Shown here: positions 28,977 through 38,118 of the stretch, piece by piece | Layout of the letters: every line of letters begins with the position of its first letter | How positions within the stretch are numbered: the first letter of the stretch is position 1 | Assembly (NCBI GenBank): GCA_044347745.1 | Contig: JBIKUD010000003.1 | Location: 17,942-81,941, forward strand | DNA from: Bdellovibrionota bacterium | GTDB taxonomy: Bacteria; Bdellovibrionota_C; UBA2361; JAFLCA01 | Direction: 5' to 3' | Length of the DNA: 64,000 nucleotides | Made by a program: the position numbers and the translations under genes | Notes under the pieces: model-generated | Database searches by the model: none | Told to the model about the DNA's origin: nothing | Seen by the model: the letters and a program-made list of their open reading frames with translations, nothing else

Positions 28977-31900
28977 TTAAAACTCTTCTCCCAAAGGATT
29001 AGAGCGCTCGAGTTTTGAGAAAATGCGATAGGCGCAGGGAACCACAAAAAGCGAGAACAAGGTTGATACCAGTACGCCGCCCAAAATGGTCACTGCCATG
29101 GGGATACGGCTTTCAGCCCCGGGTCCGAGTGCCAGGGCAGGGGGAATAGCGGCAGCAATAGTTGCAAAAGAAGTCATAAGAATAGGTCTTAGACGAATCG
29201 GCGCGGCAGTCAAAATAGCCTGATCGATGTCCAACTTTTCAACAAACCGTTTGTGATTAATAAATTCTACAATCAAGATAGAATTTTTCTTCACAATACC
29301 CATAAGCAAAATCATGCCGATTATGCTGAATAAATTAAGCGTTTGGTCGGCGAGGGCCAAGGCAAATACGGCCCCTGTAATACTGAAGGGCAGGGCCAAG
29401 AGCACGGTGACTGGATGAATAAAGCTATTAAATTGGGCTCCCAAAATCATGTAGGCCACAATTACACCGAGCCAAAAAACAAAAATGAGGCTCTGAAAAG
29501 ATTCTTTGAATGTTTGTGCGCCGCCGCCCAGAAAAATAGTGTAACCAGCTGGTAATAACTCTTTTCCCAATCGTTCGGCTGTTTGAATTGCTTCTCCCTG
29601 AGAGCTCCCTGGTGCTACGTTTGCAAACACCGAAATTGAGCGCTGGCGGTTGCGTCGGGTGATAGTTTGCAAAGTCTGCTTGGTGCTCACTTCAGCCACC
29701 TCGCGCAAAGGAACAATTTCGCCATGAATGTTTCTTACGTCTAATTTGAGTATGTCCTCTGGTCCGGCCTTTTGGCTTGGTTCAAGCGCAACGCGTACAT
29801 CGTACCGGCGCCCATCATTGGTGAACTTCCCTTGTCGTTGCCCGCCCATGGCTATGCTTATGGTGTCGCTAATAGTTTCAACAGGCACTCCTCGTGCAGC
29901 TGCTGAGTCGCGCTTGGGTACTATGGCAACCTCAGGTTGACCCAAGCGATAATCGGTGTCGATATCTACTACCGTTTTTGAATCTTCTAAGCGTTTAATC
30001 AGGGCATTTGTATGAGTTTCAAGTTCATTCCAATCTGAGCCACGTACATTAAATTCAACCGGAAAGCCTCGCTGGGCGGTAAATCCACGAGTTGAAAGGT
30101 CTTGGGGGAACGCTTTCAAATTCGGAATTTTTTGCATAGCGCTGCGAACTTCGTCCATAATTTCGGCTTGAGTTAAGGAACGTTCTTTCGGAGGAACGAG
30201 CGAGACAAATGCAATTCCCGTGTTGACTTCTCCTCCGCCGAACCCTCCAATGGCTGCGAATACACGTTTTACATCTTTTCGAGACTGAAGATATTTTTCA
30301 GCTTCCCGAACAATTTGACTAGTTGCCTCGAGGGAGCTGCCCACTGGGGTCTGAAGACGCATAATAAAAATGCTCTGGTCTTGGGCTGGAATAAATTCTT
30401 TCTTTAGTTTGCCCATAACGGGTAGAGAGAACCCGAAAATGACCAAGGCCACTATAACCACAGCCCATCTCAGACGTAGGCAAGCGCCAAGTAATCCGCC
30501 GTAGAGTTTTGCAAACCAGGCAAAGATGTCATCTAGTTTGCGGACGAGAGCCCCCTGAGAATGGGTTTCTTCCATAAACTGCGAGCAGCGCATAGGCGTC
30601 AGCGTTACCGCTTCAAGCAGGGAAAGGGCAACGGCAGTTGAAATAGTGACTCCGAATTGGAAGAAAAATTTGCCAATTACTCCTTCCATGAATGCGACGG
30701 GTAGGAAGATGGCAATAACGGCAATCGACGCTGCGATTGCGGCAAATGTAATTTCGTTTGTGCCGTCACGCGAAGCAATTACGCGAGACTTACCCATGGC
30801 ATGGTGACGATATATGTTTTCGAGCACCATAATGGCATCGTCAACCACGATACCAATTGCTAATGCCAAGCCAAGAATAGTAAAGAAGTTAAGGGTGAAC
30901 CCCATGAAGTAAATTACTGCGAACGTGCCCACAATCGAGGTGGGAATCGAGAGAAGCACATTGAAAGTTGGTCTGAGTGAGCCAAGGAAAAAGAAGCAAA
31001 CCACTGCAGTCGCTAAGGCCGAAAGCAAGAGTGTAAATTCGGTCTCTTCTACCGATTCACGAATAAAAACAGTACTGTCAAAATTAACCCCGATATTAAG
31101 ATCAGAAGGTAACGTTTTAGCTACCTCCTCCATTTTTGCTTTTACGGTATCGCCGACTTCAACCGCGTTTGAACCACGTTGTTTTTTTATTCCTAAACCA
31201 ATTGCTGGCAACCCATTAACTCTTGAAATCCGCCGAATGTCCGCGAGTCCGTCCTCCACTCGAGCAATGTCTTTGAGGCGTAAGGAGCTTTGGTAGATGG
31301 GGCGACCGCCACGAGAGGTAATAAGAATATTTCCAACCTCTTCTGGAGTGTAGCCCTCTCCGTAAATACGAACGTTTAATTCCTGCTGGTTATTTTCAAG
31401 TCGGCCAGCTGCTATTTCAAGATGCCCACGCAATAATGCATCGCGCACATCCAATAACGTGAGTTCATGAGTTTTTAGTTTTTGGTTGTCAACCCAAAGG
31501 CGAAGATTGCGTTCGGTAAATCCTCCAAGCATTACCTCTCCGACACCAGGGAGAATTTCAAATCGATCTTTAATATTTTGATCAACGTAGGTAATAAGTT
31601 CGTGGAGGCTCCGTTCTCCCGAAACACCAAGCCAAATAATAGGCTGGTCGTCGGGATTTGTTTTTCGAATTGTAGGCGGATCTACATCTAACGGTAGGCG
31701 CACTCGGGACACGGCCGATTGAACTTCTTGGAGGGCAGAGTCCACATCTCGGCCGAGTTCGAACTCAACCGTAATGGTTGCTTGGCCTTGACGAATGGTT
31801 GAGGCGATGTCGCGTATTCCTTCAACGGAAACCAGATTTTCTTCGAGTACGTCTACAATTTCTGATTCGATGACGCTAGGCGCAGCTCCATTCCAAGCGA

Positions 31901-32048
31901 CTTGGACCGAGAGTACCGGAAAGTCAACGTCCGGCATCTGGCTAATGCCAAGGCGTAGAAAACTGATGGCGCCAAAAAGTACCAGCGCTAATGTAAGCAT
32001 CCAGGCAAATACCGGGCGGCGAATACTTATCTCTGCTAGAGAACTCAT
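28977..32048 (-). CDS. RND efflux permease (HAE-1 / AcrB-like)
   Basis: 1023 aa. The N-terminus is ISIRRPVFAWMLTLALVLFG and the TM4 motif is LAIGIVVDDAIMVLEN, which is the multidrug type rather than the heavy-metal type. Its start overlaps the upstream TolC stop (ATGA at 32045-32048). Confidence 0.9.
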   Translation of the reverse strand: MSSLAEISIRRPVFAWMLTLALVLFGAISFLRLGISQMPDVDFPVLSVQVAWNGAAPSVIESEIVDVLEENLVSVEGIRDIASTIRQGQATITVEFELGRDVDSALQEVQSAVSRVRLPLDVDPPTIRKTNPDDQPIIWLGVSGERSLHELITYVDQNIKDRFEILPGVGEVMLGGFTERNLRLWVDNQKLKTHELTLLDVRDALLRGHLEIAAGRLENNQQELNVRIYGEGYTPEEVGNILITSRGGRPIYQSSLRLKDIARVEDGLADIRRISRVNGLPAIGLGIKKQRGSNAVEVGDTVKAKMEEVAKTLPSDLNIGVNFDSTVFIRESVEETEFTLLLSALATAVVCFFFLGSLRPTFNVLLSIPTSIVGTFAVIYFMGFTLNFFTILGLALAIGIVVDDAIMVLENIYRHHAMGKSRVIASRDGTNEITFAAIAASIAVIAIFLPVAFMEGVIGKFFFQFGVTISTAVALSLLEAVTLTPMRCSQFMEETHSQGALVRKLDDIFAWFAKLYGGLLGACLRLRWAVVIVALVIFGFSLPVMGKLKKEFIPAQDQSIFIMRLQTPVGSSLEATSQIVREAEKYLQSRKDVKRVFAAIGGFGGGEVNTGIAFVSLVPPKERSLTQAEIMDEVRSAMQKIPNLKAFPQDLSTRGFTAQRGFPVEFNVRGSDWNELETHTNALIKRLEDSKTVVDIDTDYRLGQPEVAIVPKRDSAAARGVPVETISDTISIAMGGQRQGKFTNDGRRYDVRVALEPSQKAGPEDILKLDVRNIHGEIVPLREVAEVSTKQTLQTITRRNRQRSISVFANVAPGSSQGEAIQTAERLGKELLPAGYTIFLGGGAQTFKESFQSLIFVFWLGVIVAYMILGAQFNSFIHPVTVLLALPFSITGAVFALALADQTLNLFSIIGMILLMGIVKKNSILIVEFINHKRFVEKLDIDQAILTAAPIRLRPILMTSFATIAAAIPPALALGPGAESRIPMAVTILGGVLVSTLFSLFVVPCAYRIFSKLERSNPLGEEF

Positions 32049-33403
32049 GATACTGCTCCGCTTGCCACTTTTAGTTCTGCGTGCGCAATAAAGAGATCGG
32101 CCTGTGCACCAGCATATTTTCGTTCTGCTTCGAGTTCTTGTTGGATGGCTGCAAGCACATCAAGATTAGTTACCAGTCCAAGTTCATAATCGCGGCGCTG
32201 TGCGCTCAGATTCTTTCGGGCTGCCACACGCTGCACATCAATTAACTCGAGTTCTTTGCGAGTTGATACCAGTTTCACGTGGGCAGTCTTAAGTTCCTTT
32301 ATAGCCTCGCGTTCTTGCAGTTTTAGTCGCACCTGCGATGCTCGTTCTTTAGCTCGATATTCAGCTATCGCAGCTTGGGTAGCGCCACCTTCAAACAGAG
32401 GCAGGTCAAATTTGAGCAGGACCTCCCAGTCTCTATTTGAGTCTGGTTCTTCGTACAGGTAACTATTTCCCTCCAAAAAGAGGGTGGGGAGGTGCCCACG
32501 TTCAGCTGCTTTACGCTCTAATGTCGCTGCATTAAGCTGCGCCTGTTTGGCTTTGATATCATAGCGGCTTGGGGCTTCCTCAACCTGAGGAGGCTGGGAG
32601 CTTGGGAGGTTGGATGGCACACCAAGTTCAAACTGTTCGTTTGTTATGGTTTTGCCCGTAAGGAAATTAAGCAGTTCTCGACTTGTTCCTAAAAGCCCTT
32701 GATTTTGCGCACGCGAAGCACTTACGGCAGCCTTATCGGCAAGAGCTGCTTCGATTTCGCCTTCTCTGGCTTTTCCAAGAGTTCGAAATTTTTCAAGCTC
32801 GGTGATGCGATCAGATAATACCTGCTCAGTGCGTTTAAGCAGCGCATCGTCGCGCTGGTAGAGCGCCGTCTGTGCATACACTCGAGCAACATCTGCATAC
32901 AAAAGCTCGCCTTGACGAACTTTGAGGTGTCTCTGGGCCTCTAAGCCCGATTCTCGCGCATCTGCCACCAAAGACTCTCTAAACCCGGTGAAGAGGGGCT
33001 GGCGAAGTGTCAGTGACCAATCTCTGGGCTTAGAGCGACGGCTTCCAGTGCTTGAGTTCGATCCTTGCGAAGAATCATCTGAAAAAGTTGAACCAGTCAA
33101 CCGTCCATAATTTTGGCTACTTCGAAATCGGTGCGTGCCGAGTATGTGGATTTCGGGATACAGGGCGGCAAGGGCTTGTTGATATTGAGCCTCGGCAGCA
33201 AGAATAAGTTCTTGAGATTCCTGTAATGCTTCACTTTGTGCCAGCGCAAGCTGATACGCCTCATCCATAGAGAGCTTTAATTTTTCAGTTGGAGCAGCAT
33301 GGGTTACGGAAACGCACGCGAGGAGTGCGCTAATTGTTAAAATGAATGAGAGCGGAAGGACGGCAAAGTTTTGGCATTTTTGATAAGGGACTAAGAACTT
33401 CAT
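32045..33403 (-). CDS. TolC-family outer membrane efflux protein
   Basis: The ATG at 33403 is preceded by GGAGA and gives the signal peptide LSFILTISALLACVSVTHA|AP. The protein is long and alpha-helical with repeat character (LSMDEAYQLALAQSEAL..., RRDYELGLVTNLDVL), typical of the OEP family. Confidence 0.8.
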   Translation of the reverse strand: MKFLVPYQKCQNFAVLPLSFILTISALLACVSVTHAAPTEKLKLSMDEAYQLALAQSEALQESQELILAAEAQYQQALAALYPEIHILGTHRFRSSQNYGRLTGSTFSDDSSQGSNSSTGSRRSKPRDWSLTLRQPLFTGFRESLVADARESGLEAQRHLKVRQGELLYADVARVYAQTALYQRDDALLKRTEQVLSDRITELEKFRTLGKAREGEIEAALADKAAVSASRAQNQGLLGTSRELLNFLTGKTITNEQFELGVPSNLPSSQPPQVEEAPSRYDIKAKQAQLNAATLERKAAERGHLPTLFLEGNSYLYEEPDSNRDWEVLLKFDLPLFEGGATQAAIAEYRAKERASQVRLKLQEREAIKELKTAHVKLVSTRKELELIDVQRVAARKNLSAQRRDYELGLVTNLDVLAAIQQELEAERKYAGAQADLFIAHAELKVASGAVS

Positions 33404-33455
33404 AACAAACTGTCTCCATGTGAGACGGGAATACAGAAATGGTTTGGCGTAGAAT

Positions 33456-33467
33456 GTTTGCGCAAAC
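33456..33467. promoter_or_regulatory. perfect 12-bp palindrome GTTTGCGCAAAC, candidate operator upstream of TolC-RND
   Basis: Lies 53 nt upstream of the TolC ATG, in the 186-bp gap between the regulator and the TolC gene. Confidence 0.3.
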
Positions 33468-33589
33468 CTGTTCAAAAAAACACCTGCAACATCAAATCAG
33501 CTGATACCCCCGTATACTAGAAAAATCCTCAGCATACGGCAAACATGCGTCTTTGCGTAAAAACACGTATGGCTACGTATTTCAGTGTA

Positions 33590-34501
33590 TTATGAGCTTT
33601 GCCGAGAGAGTAAAAGCTCCTCAAGTGAGAGCCCAAGTGCCGTAGCTAGCCGCGCGATTACGCCAATCGTTACATTTTGTTTTCCATGCTCCACTGTGCT
33701 TAGGTAGGTACGATCCAAACCTGCGCTCTCAGCCAGCGCGGACTGGTTGAGTTGCAGTTCTCTTCGTCTTGATGCAATTCGATTGCCGAGCTCCCTAAGG
33801 TACTGTTCCACCGAAACCTGGGATGTAGGCAGCTGCAAGAGCTTACGGGCACTTTGCTGGGCCTCTACGGCGTCAAATGCAACGGCGTCAGCTCCGCACT
33901 GCATTAAATCTTGCCCCACAAGAACTTCAATTGGACCACCAACAATAATTTTTGGAGCTTGCGGTACCGATTTGAGGAGCTTCAAGCACTCCTTAAGCGC
34001 AGGGATGTCTTGGGCCTGAAAAACCGAAAGGCCCACCAGCGCCGGCTTTACTTGAAGCACATGCCGAAGTAAGTCATTTGCGGGAGTACTGGCTCCCAAG
34101 AAATGTATGTCCCAGCCGTCAACATCTAAAAAATCGGCTACCACCCGGGCTCCTAAAATATGTTGGTTGCCCTCTACGCAGGAGATTACAGCCTTCAAGT
34201 GCAAGGGCGCGCGTTTTGGAACTCGGGCCCGCACCTTGACCATGAGTTCAAGGCAAATTTGGGTGGCCATATGCTCTTCCGCTACGGTGGCTTTTCCATT
34301 ACGCCACAACGCACCAATATCCCGCAGTCCAGGCATGAGAAGACCCAAATAAATTTGTTCCCATGCCAATTTTGCTGACCAGGCTTTGTCGATAACAGCA
34401 GAGGCAGCTGAAGAGTCGCCAGCTTGAAACGCAGCAATAAGGTTTTGCTGTAAAGATTTGAGCAACAATTTGGTTTTCTTTGCGTTGTTCATACCCAACA
34501 T
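33590..34501 (-). CDS. cobalamin-binding (CarH-like photoreceptor module) regulator with C-terminal XRE-type HTH
   Basis: 303 aa. The W66-x9-E76-H77 motif is ALWRNGKATVAEEHMAT. The B12 Rossmann domain has His114 (VEGNQHILGARVVADFLDVDGWDIHFLGASTP), then GLSV and IIVGGP. The C-terminal Cro/C1 HTH is LNQSALAESAGLDRTYLSTVEHGKQNVTIGVIARLATALGLSLEELL. Confidence 0.7.
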   Translation of the reverse strand: MLGMNNAKKTKLLLKSLQQNLIAAFQAGDSSAASAVIDKAWSAKLAWEQIYLGLLMPGLRDIGALWRNGKATVAEEHMATQICLELMVKVRARVPKRAPLHLKAVISCVEGNQHILGARVVADFLDVDGWDIHFLGASTPANDLLRHVLQVKPALVGLSVFQAQDIPALKECLKLLKSVPQAPKIIVGGPIEVLVGQDLMQCGADAVAFDAVEAQQSARKLLQLPTSQVSVEQYLRELGNRIASRRRELQLNQSALAESAGLDRTYLSTVEHGKQNVTIGVIARLATALGLSLEELLLSRQSS

Positions 34502-34503
34502 TA

Positions 34504-34517
34504 TACTATAAATAGTA
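34504..34517. promoter_or_regulatory. palindrome TACTAT-AA-ATAGTA in the regulator/SRPBCC divergent region
   Basis: Perfect 6-bp arms with a 2-nt spacer, immediately upstream of the regulator start codon. It could equally be an AT-rich -10 element. Confidence 0.2.
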
Positions 34518-34575
34518 GACTAAAGGCAACCTAGCCAAGTATGCTAAAGAGAGCAACAGCCAGTGGAGTGTGATT

Positions 34576-35052
34576 ATGCATTACCAACTTCAAGATGTGC
34601 TCGTGGTGCCGAAGCCTATAGAGGAAGTGTGGTCATTTTTCTCTGACCCACGAAATCTTCCGCTAATTACTCCGCCGGATTTGGGGTTTAAAATAATATC
34701 CGATCCCGGAAATGAAACTTTTCCAGGCTTAATTATACGCTACCAGGTTACTCCACTACTGGGTGTACCATTAGAGTGGGTGAGTGAAATTACCCATGTG
34801 GTGCCGGAGCAGCTCTTTGTTGATGAGCAGCGTTTTGGGCCTTACGCGTTTTGGCATCATTTGCACCGATTTAGAAGCGAGGGGAGCACGACGGTTGTTG
34901 AAGATGTGGTGAACTATCGTCTGCCTATGGGAGTGCTTGGCCGTATTGTGCATCCTTTTATTGTGCGCCCCAAATTGGAGCGCATTTTTAGGTATAGGCG
35001 TAGCGTTGTGGAACAACTTATGGGGACTGCAACTACGCAGCTAATGAGCTAA
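34576..35052 (+). CDS. SRPBCC-family ligand-binding protein (COG4276-like)
   Basis: VWSFFSDPRNLPLITPPDLGFKI ... EWVSEITHV ... FVDEQRFGPYAFWHHLHRF ... VNYRLPMGVLG ... IFRYRR follows the SRPBCC pattern. Its 3' end overlaps the convergent RND gene by 20 nt. Confidence 0.7.
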   Translation: MHYQLQDVLVVPKPIEEVWSFFSDPRNLPLITPPDLGFKIISDPGNETFPGLIIRYQVTPLLGVPLEWVSEITHVVPEQLFVDEQRFGPYAFWHHLHRFRSEGSTTVVEDVVNYRLPMGVLGRIVHPFIVRPKLERIFRYRRSVVEQLMGTATTQLMS

Positions 35053-38000
35053 CGTCATCGCGTTCTTTTTTGTGATCCTTTGCAATCACCAAATACAAAG
35101 CAGGTACAAAAAAGAGTGTAAAAAGAGTGCCAATGAACATTCCGCTCACCAGCACAATTCCGATGCTGTTTCGTGCGCCAGAGCCCGCGCCGCTTGCAAG
35201 AATAAGCGGAAAGTGGCCAACAACTGTTGCCACCGAAGTCATCAGAACTGGACGAAGACGCGTGCTTGCTGACCCAAGGGCGGCTTCGCGTTTAGATTTT
35301 CCTTCCTCTTGAAGCTTGTTGGCAAATTCAACAATAAGAATTCCATTTTTTGCGACCAAGCCCACCAGAGTCACCAGTCCAACTTGGGAATAAATATTAA
35401 GCGAGGTGGCGCCTAAACATACAAATATAAGGGAACCAGCAAGAGCCAGAGGCACAGAGCCAAGCAATACGATTATGGGATCTCTAAAGCTTTCAAATTG
35501 CGCAGCGAGAACAAGAAATATGAGAATTGTTGCCAGAATAAGGGTTTCAGTTAGTGCGTTTCCTTCTTTACGTAACTGCCGCGATTCGCCGGCATAATCA
35601 ATGGTAAATCCCGGCGGCAAGATGGTTTTCGCTGCCTCTTCAAGGGCCTTAAGTCCTTGGTCAATGCTGACACCTGGTGGAATCGCCCCTTGAATTTTTG
35701 CCGAGTTAAGCTGTTGGAAGCGATTAAGCTGACGGGGCTGAGTGGCCACTTCAACCGAGGCTACGGCTGAGACAGGAATAAGCATTCCTGAGGGGCTCGT
35801 GAGGTAGCTATTCAAAACTTGCTCGGGATTTAATCGGGCTTGCCGTTTTGCCTGAGGGATAACTTTGTAGCTGCGCCCTTGAATGTTAAATCGATTAACG
35901 TAATCGCCACCGGTTAGCACTGCAATGTCTCTTGCCACGTCTTCAAGCGACAAACCTAGGGCCGCAACTTTGTCTCGATCTATAAGTATGCGTCCTTGGG
36001 GTAGGTCATACTTTAAGTCGGTGTCGGCATACATGAACATGCCGCTTTGAAAAGCTGCTCCCACAAGCTTTCCAGCAGCCTCAAGCATTTGCTCTGGTTC
36101 CGCTGTAGAGGAAATTACCATTTCAACCGGGAAATCGCTGCCGCCAGGGAGTGGTGGCGGAGAGGTGACGATGAGTCGTACTCCAGGAATAACGCTCATA
36201 CGGCCCCAAAGTTCGCCTTCAATCTCCGCTACTCCGCGAGCACGTTCGCTCCAGGGTTTTAAGATCATGCCAGAGAAACCGCCCGTAGCTTGGGTAAGCT
36301 GAAAGGTGTTGGCGTGTTCAGGAAAACTTCTAAAAATTTCCTCCGCTTGTTCGGTGTAGGGCACTGTTTGCTCTAACGTTGCATTTGGGGCCCCCTGCAC
36401 AATACCAAACACCACGCCTTGGTCTTCGCGAGGCGCAAGTTCTTTAGTCGAAAACATGTAGAGGAGAGGAATGGAGAGAATGAGTAAGGCCGTGGCAGCT
36501 AACACCATGGCTTTTAAATCGAGGATAGATCCTAAAGCACTTATATAGCGGCGACGGAGGTTTTCAAAAACCGCATCGACTCGCAGTTTCATTCGACTCG
36601 GCTTTTCGTGAGCGCGAAGTAGCCGCGAGCTCATCATAGGGGACAGCGTTAAAGCGACAAACCCTGAAATGATAACGGCACCAGCCAGCGTAAATGCGAA
36701 TTCTCGAAAGAGAGCCCCAGTAAGCCCACCTTGAATGCCAATTGGCGCATACACGGCAGCCAATGTAATCGTCATGGCGATAGTTGGGGCCACAAGTTCT
36801 CGTCCAGCAGTCAGGGCTGCTTGTACTGGAGCGAGACCTTCTTGAATATGACGCTCGACGTTCTCAAGCATCACAATCGCGTCATCAACCACCAGACCAA
36901 CCGCTAACACAATTGCCAGCAAGGTAAGAAGATTGAGCGTAAATCCAAGGCTAAGCATCAGAGCTGCAGCGCCAATTAAGGACAACGGAATGGCGACCAC
37001 AGGCACCAAAACGCCCCTAAATGATCCAATAAAAAGATAAATTACCAAAATGACGATTAGAATTGTTTCAAGAAGTGTTTTGCTTACTTCAGAGAGCGCA
37101 TCTCGAATGTACGCAGTTGCGTCATAGGGTACTCCCACTTGCATGCCCTTTGGTGCTGCTTTCTCAATGGCAGGAAGAAGGTCTCGTACCTTCTCGATTA
37201 CTTCGAGCGAATTCGCGTTCGGCAGAACCCAGACGCCCATGAACGTAGCGGCTTTGCCACCAAATCGAACATCTTCTTCGTAAGATTCTGCGCCAAGTAC
37301 CACTTCAGCTACGTCCCGAAGCCGCACCAGAGTGCTGCCGTTTTGCTTTACGACTAAATTTTCAAACTCTTCCCGGGTACGTAAATCGGTGTTGGTGGTA
37401 AGGTTCATGCTTACTAAGGATCCTTTGGTTGCTCCAACAGCAGCCAGCACATTGTTGGCTGCAAGAGCACGGCTCACATCTGAGGGGCTTAACCCCAAGC
37501 CTGCAAGAGCATCTGGTTTAAGCCAGATACGCATGGCAAAAGTTCTTGCCCCGAGAATGTCTGCTTTTTGTACTCCCGCAACGGCTGAGAGCTGTGGTTG
37601 CACCACACGAGTGAGGTAGTCAGTAATTTGACTTTGATCGAGATTGTCAGAATAGAAACTTAAATATACTGAGGCAAAGCGGCTGTCGGCATTTTCAACG
37701 GTAATAATTGGAGATTCTGCTTCCGGCGGAAGTTCGCTTCTTACTTGGGCCACCTTTGCTTGAATCTGAGTGAGGGCGTCGTTGGTGTTGTAATTTAAGC
37801 GTAAGTGGGCGGTGATGGTGCTGGCACCCTGAGCGCTAGATGACTCGAGGTAATCTATGCCATCGGCACTGGCAATCACTCGCTCTAACGGAGTGGTTAC
37901 GAAACCACGCACAAGGTCGGCGTTTGCGCCAACGTAGACTGTTTTGACAGTCACTACTGCCACGTCACTTCTTGGATATTGCTGAACGCTAATGCTCTGA

Positions 38001-38086
38001 ATAGCTTTAATGCCAGCTACGAGAATAAGAATATTGACGCACAGGGCCAATACAGGGCGTTTAATAAAAAGGTCAGTGAAGCTCAC
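35033..38086 (-). CDS. RND efflux permease (HAE-1, MdtB/C- or AcrB-like)
   Basis: 1017 aa. The N-terminus is FIKRPVLALCVNILILVAG and the TM4 motif is LAVGLVVDDAIVMLEN. It is the last gene of an OMF-MFP-RND operon. Confidence 0.9.
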   Translation of the reverse strand: MSFTDLFIKRPVLALCVNILILVAGIKAIQSISVQQYPRSDVAVVTVKTVYVGANADLVRGFVTTPLERVIASADGIDYLESSSAQGASTITAHLRLNYNTNDALTQIQAKVAQVRSELPPEAESPIITVENADSRFASVYLSFYSDNLDQSQITDYLTRVVQPQLSAVAGVQKADILGARTFAMRIWLKPDALAGLGLSPSDVSRALAANNVLAAVGATKGSLVSMNLTTNTDLRTREEFENLVVKQNGSTLVRLRDVAEVVLGAESYEEDVRFGGKAATFMGVWVLPNANSLEVIEKVRDLLPAIEKAAPKGMQVGVPYDATAYIRDALSEVSKTLLETILIVILVIYLFIGSFRGVLVPVVAIPLSLIGAAALMLSLGFTLNLLTLLAIVLAVGLVVDDAIVMLENVERHIQEGLAPVQAALTAGRELVAPTIAMTITLAAVYAPIGIQGGLTGALFREFAFTLAGAVIISGFVALTLSPMMSSRLLRAHEKPSRMKLRVDAVFENLRRRYISALGSILDLKAMVLAATALLILSIPLLYMFSTKELAPREDQGVVFGIVQGAPNATLEQTVPYTEQAEEIFRSFPEHANTFQLTQATGGFSGMILKPWSERARGVAEIEGELWGRMSVIPGVRLIVTSPPPLPGGSDFPVEMVISSTAEPEQMLEAAGKLVGAAFQSGMFMYADTDLKYDLPQGRILIDRDKVAALGLSLEDVARDIAVLTGGDYVNRFNIQGRSYKVIPQAKRQARLNPEQVLNSYLTSPSGMLIPVSAVASVEVATQPRQLNRFQQLNSAKIQGAIPPGVSIDQGLKALEEAAKTILPPGFTIDYAGESRQLRKEGNALTETLILATILIFLVLAAQFESFRDPIIVLLGSVPLALAGSLIFVCLGATSLNIYSQVGLVTLVGLVAKNGILIVEFANKLQEEGKSKREAALGSASTRLRPVLMTSVATVVGHFPLILASGAGSGARNSIGIVLVSGMFIGTLFTLFFVPALYLVIAKDHKKERDDVSSLAA

Positions 38087-38118
38087 GGTGCTATCCCTTT
38101 TTTAGAAGCATTTTCAGA

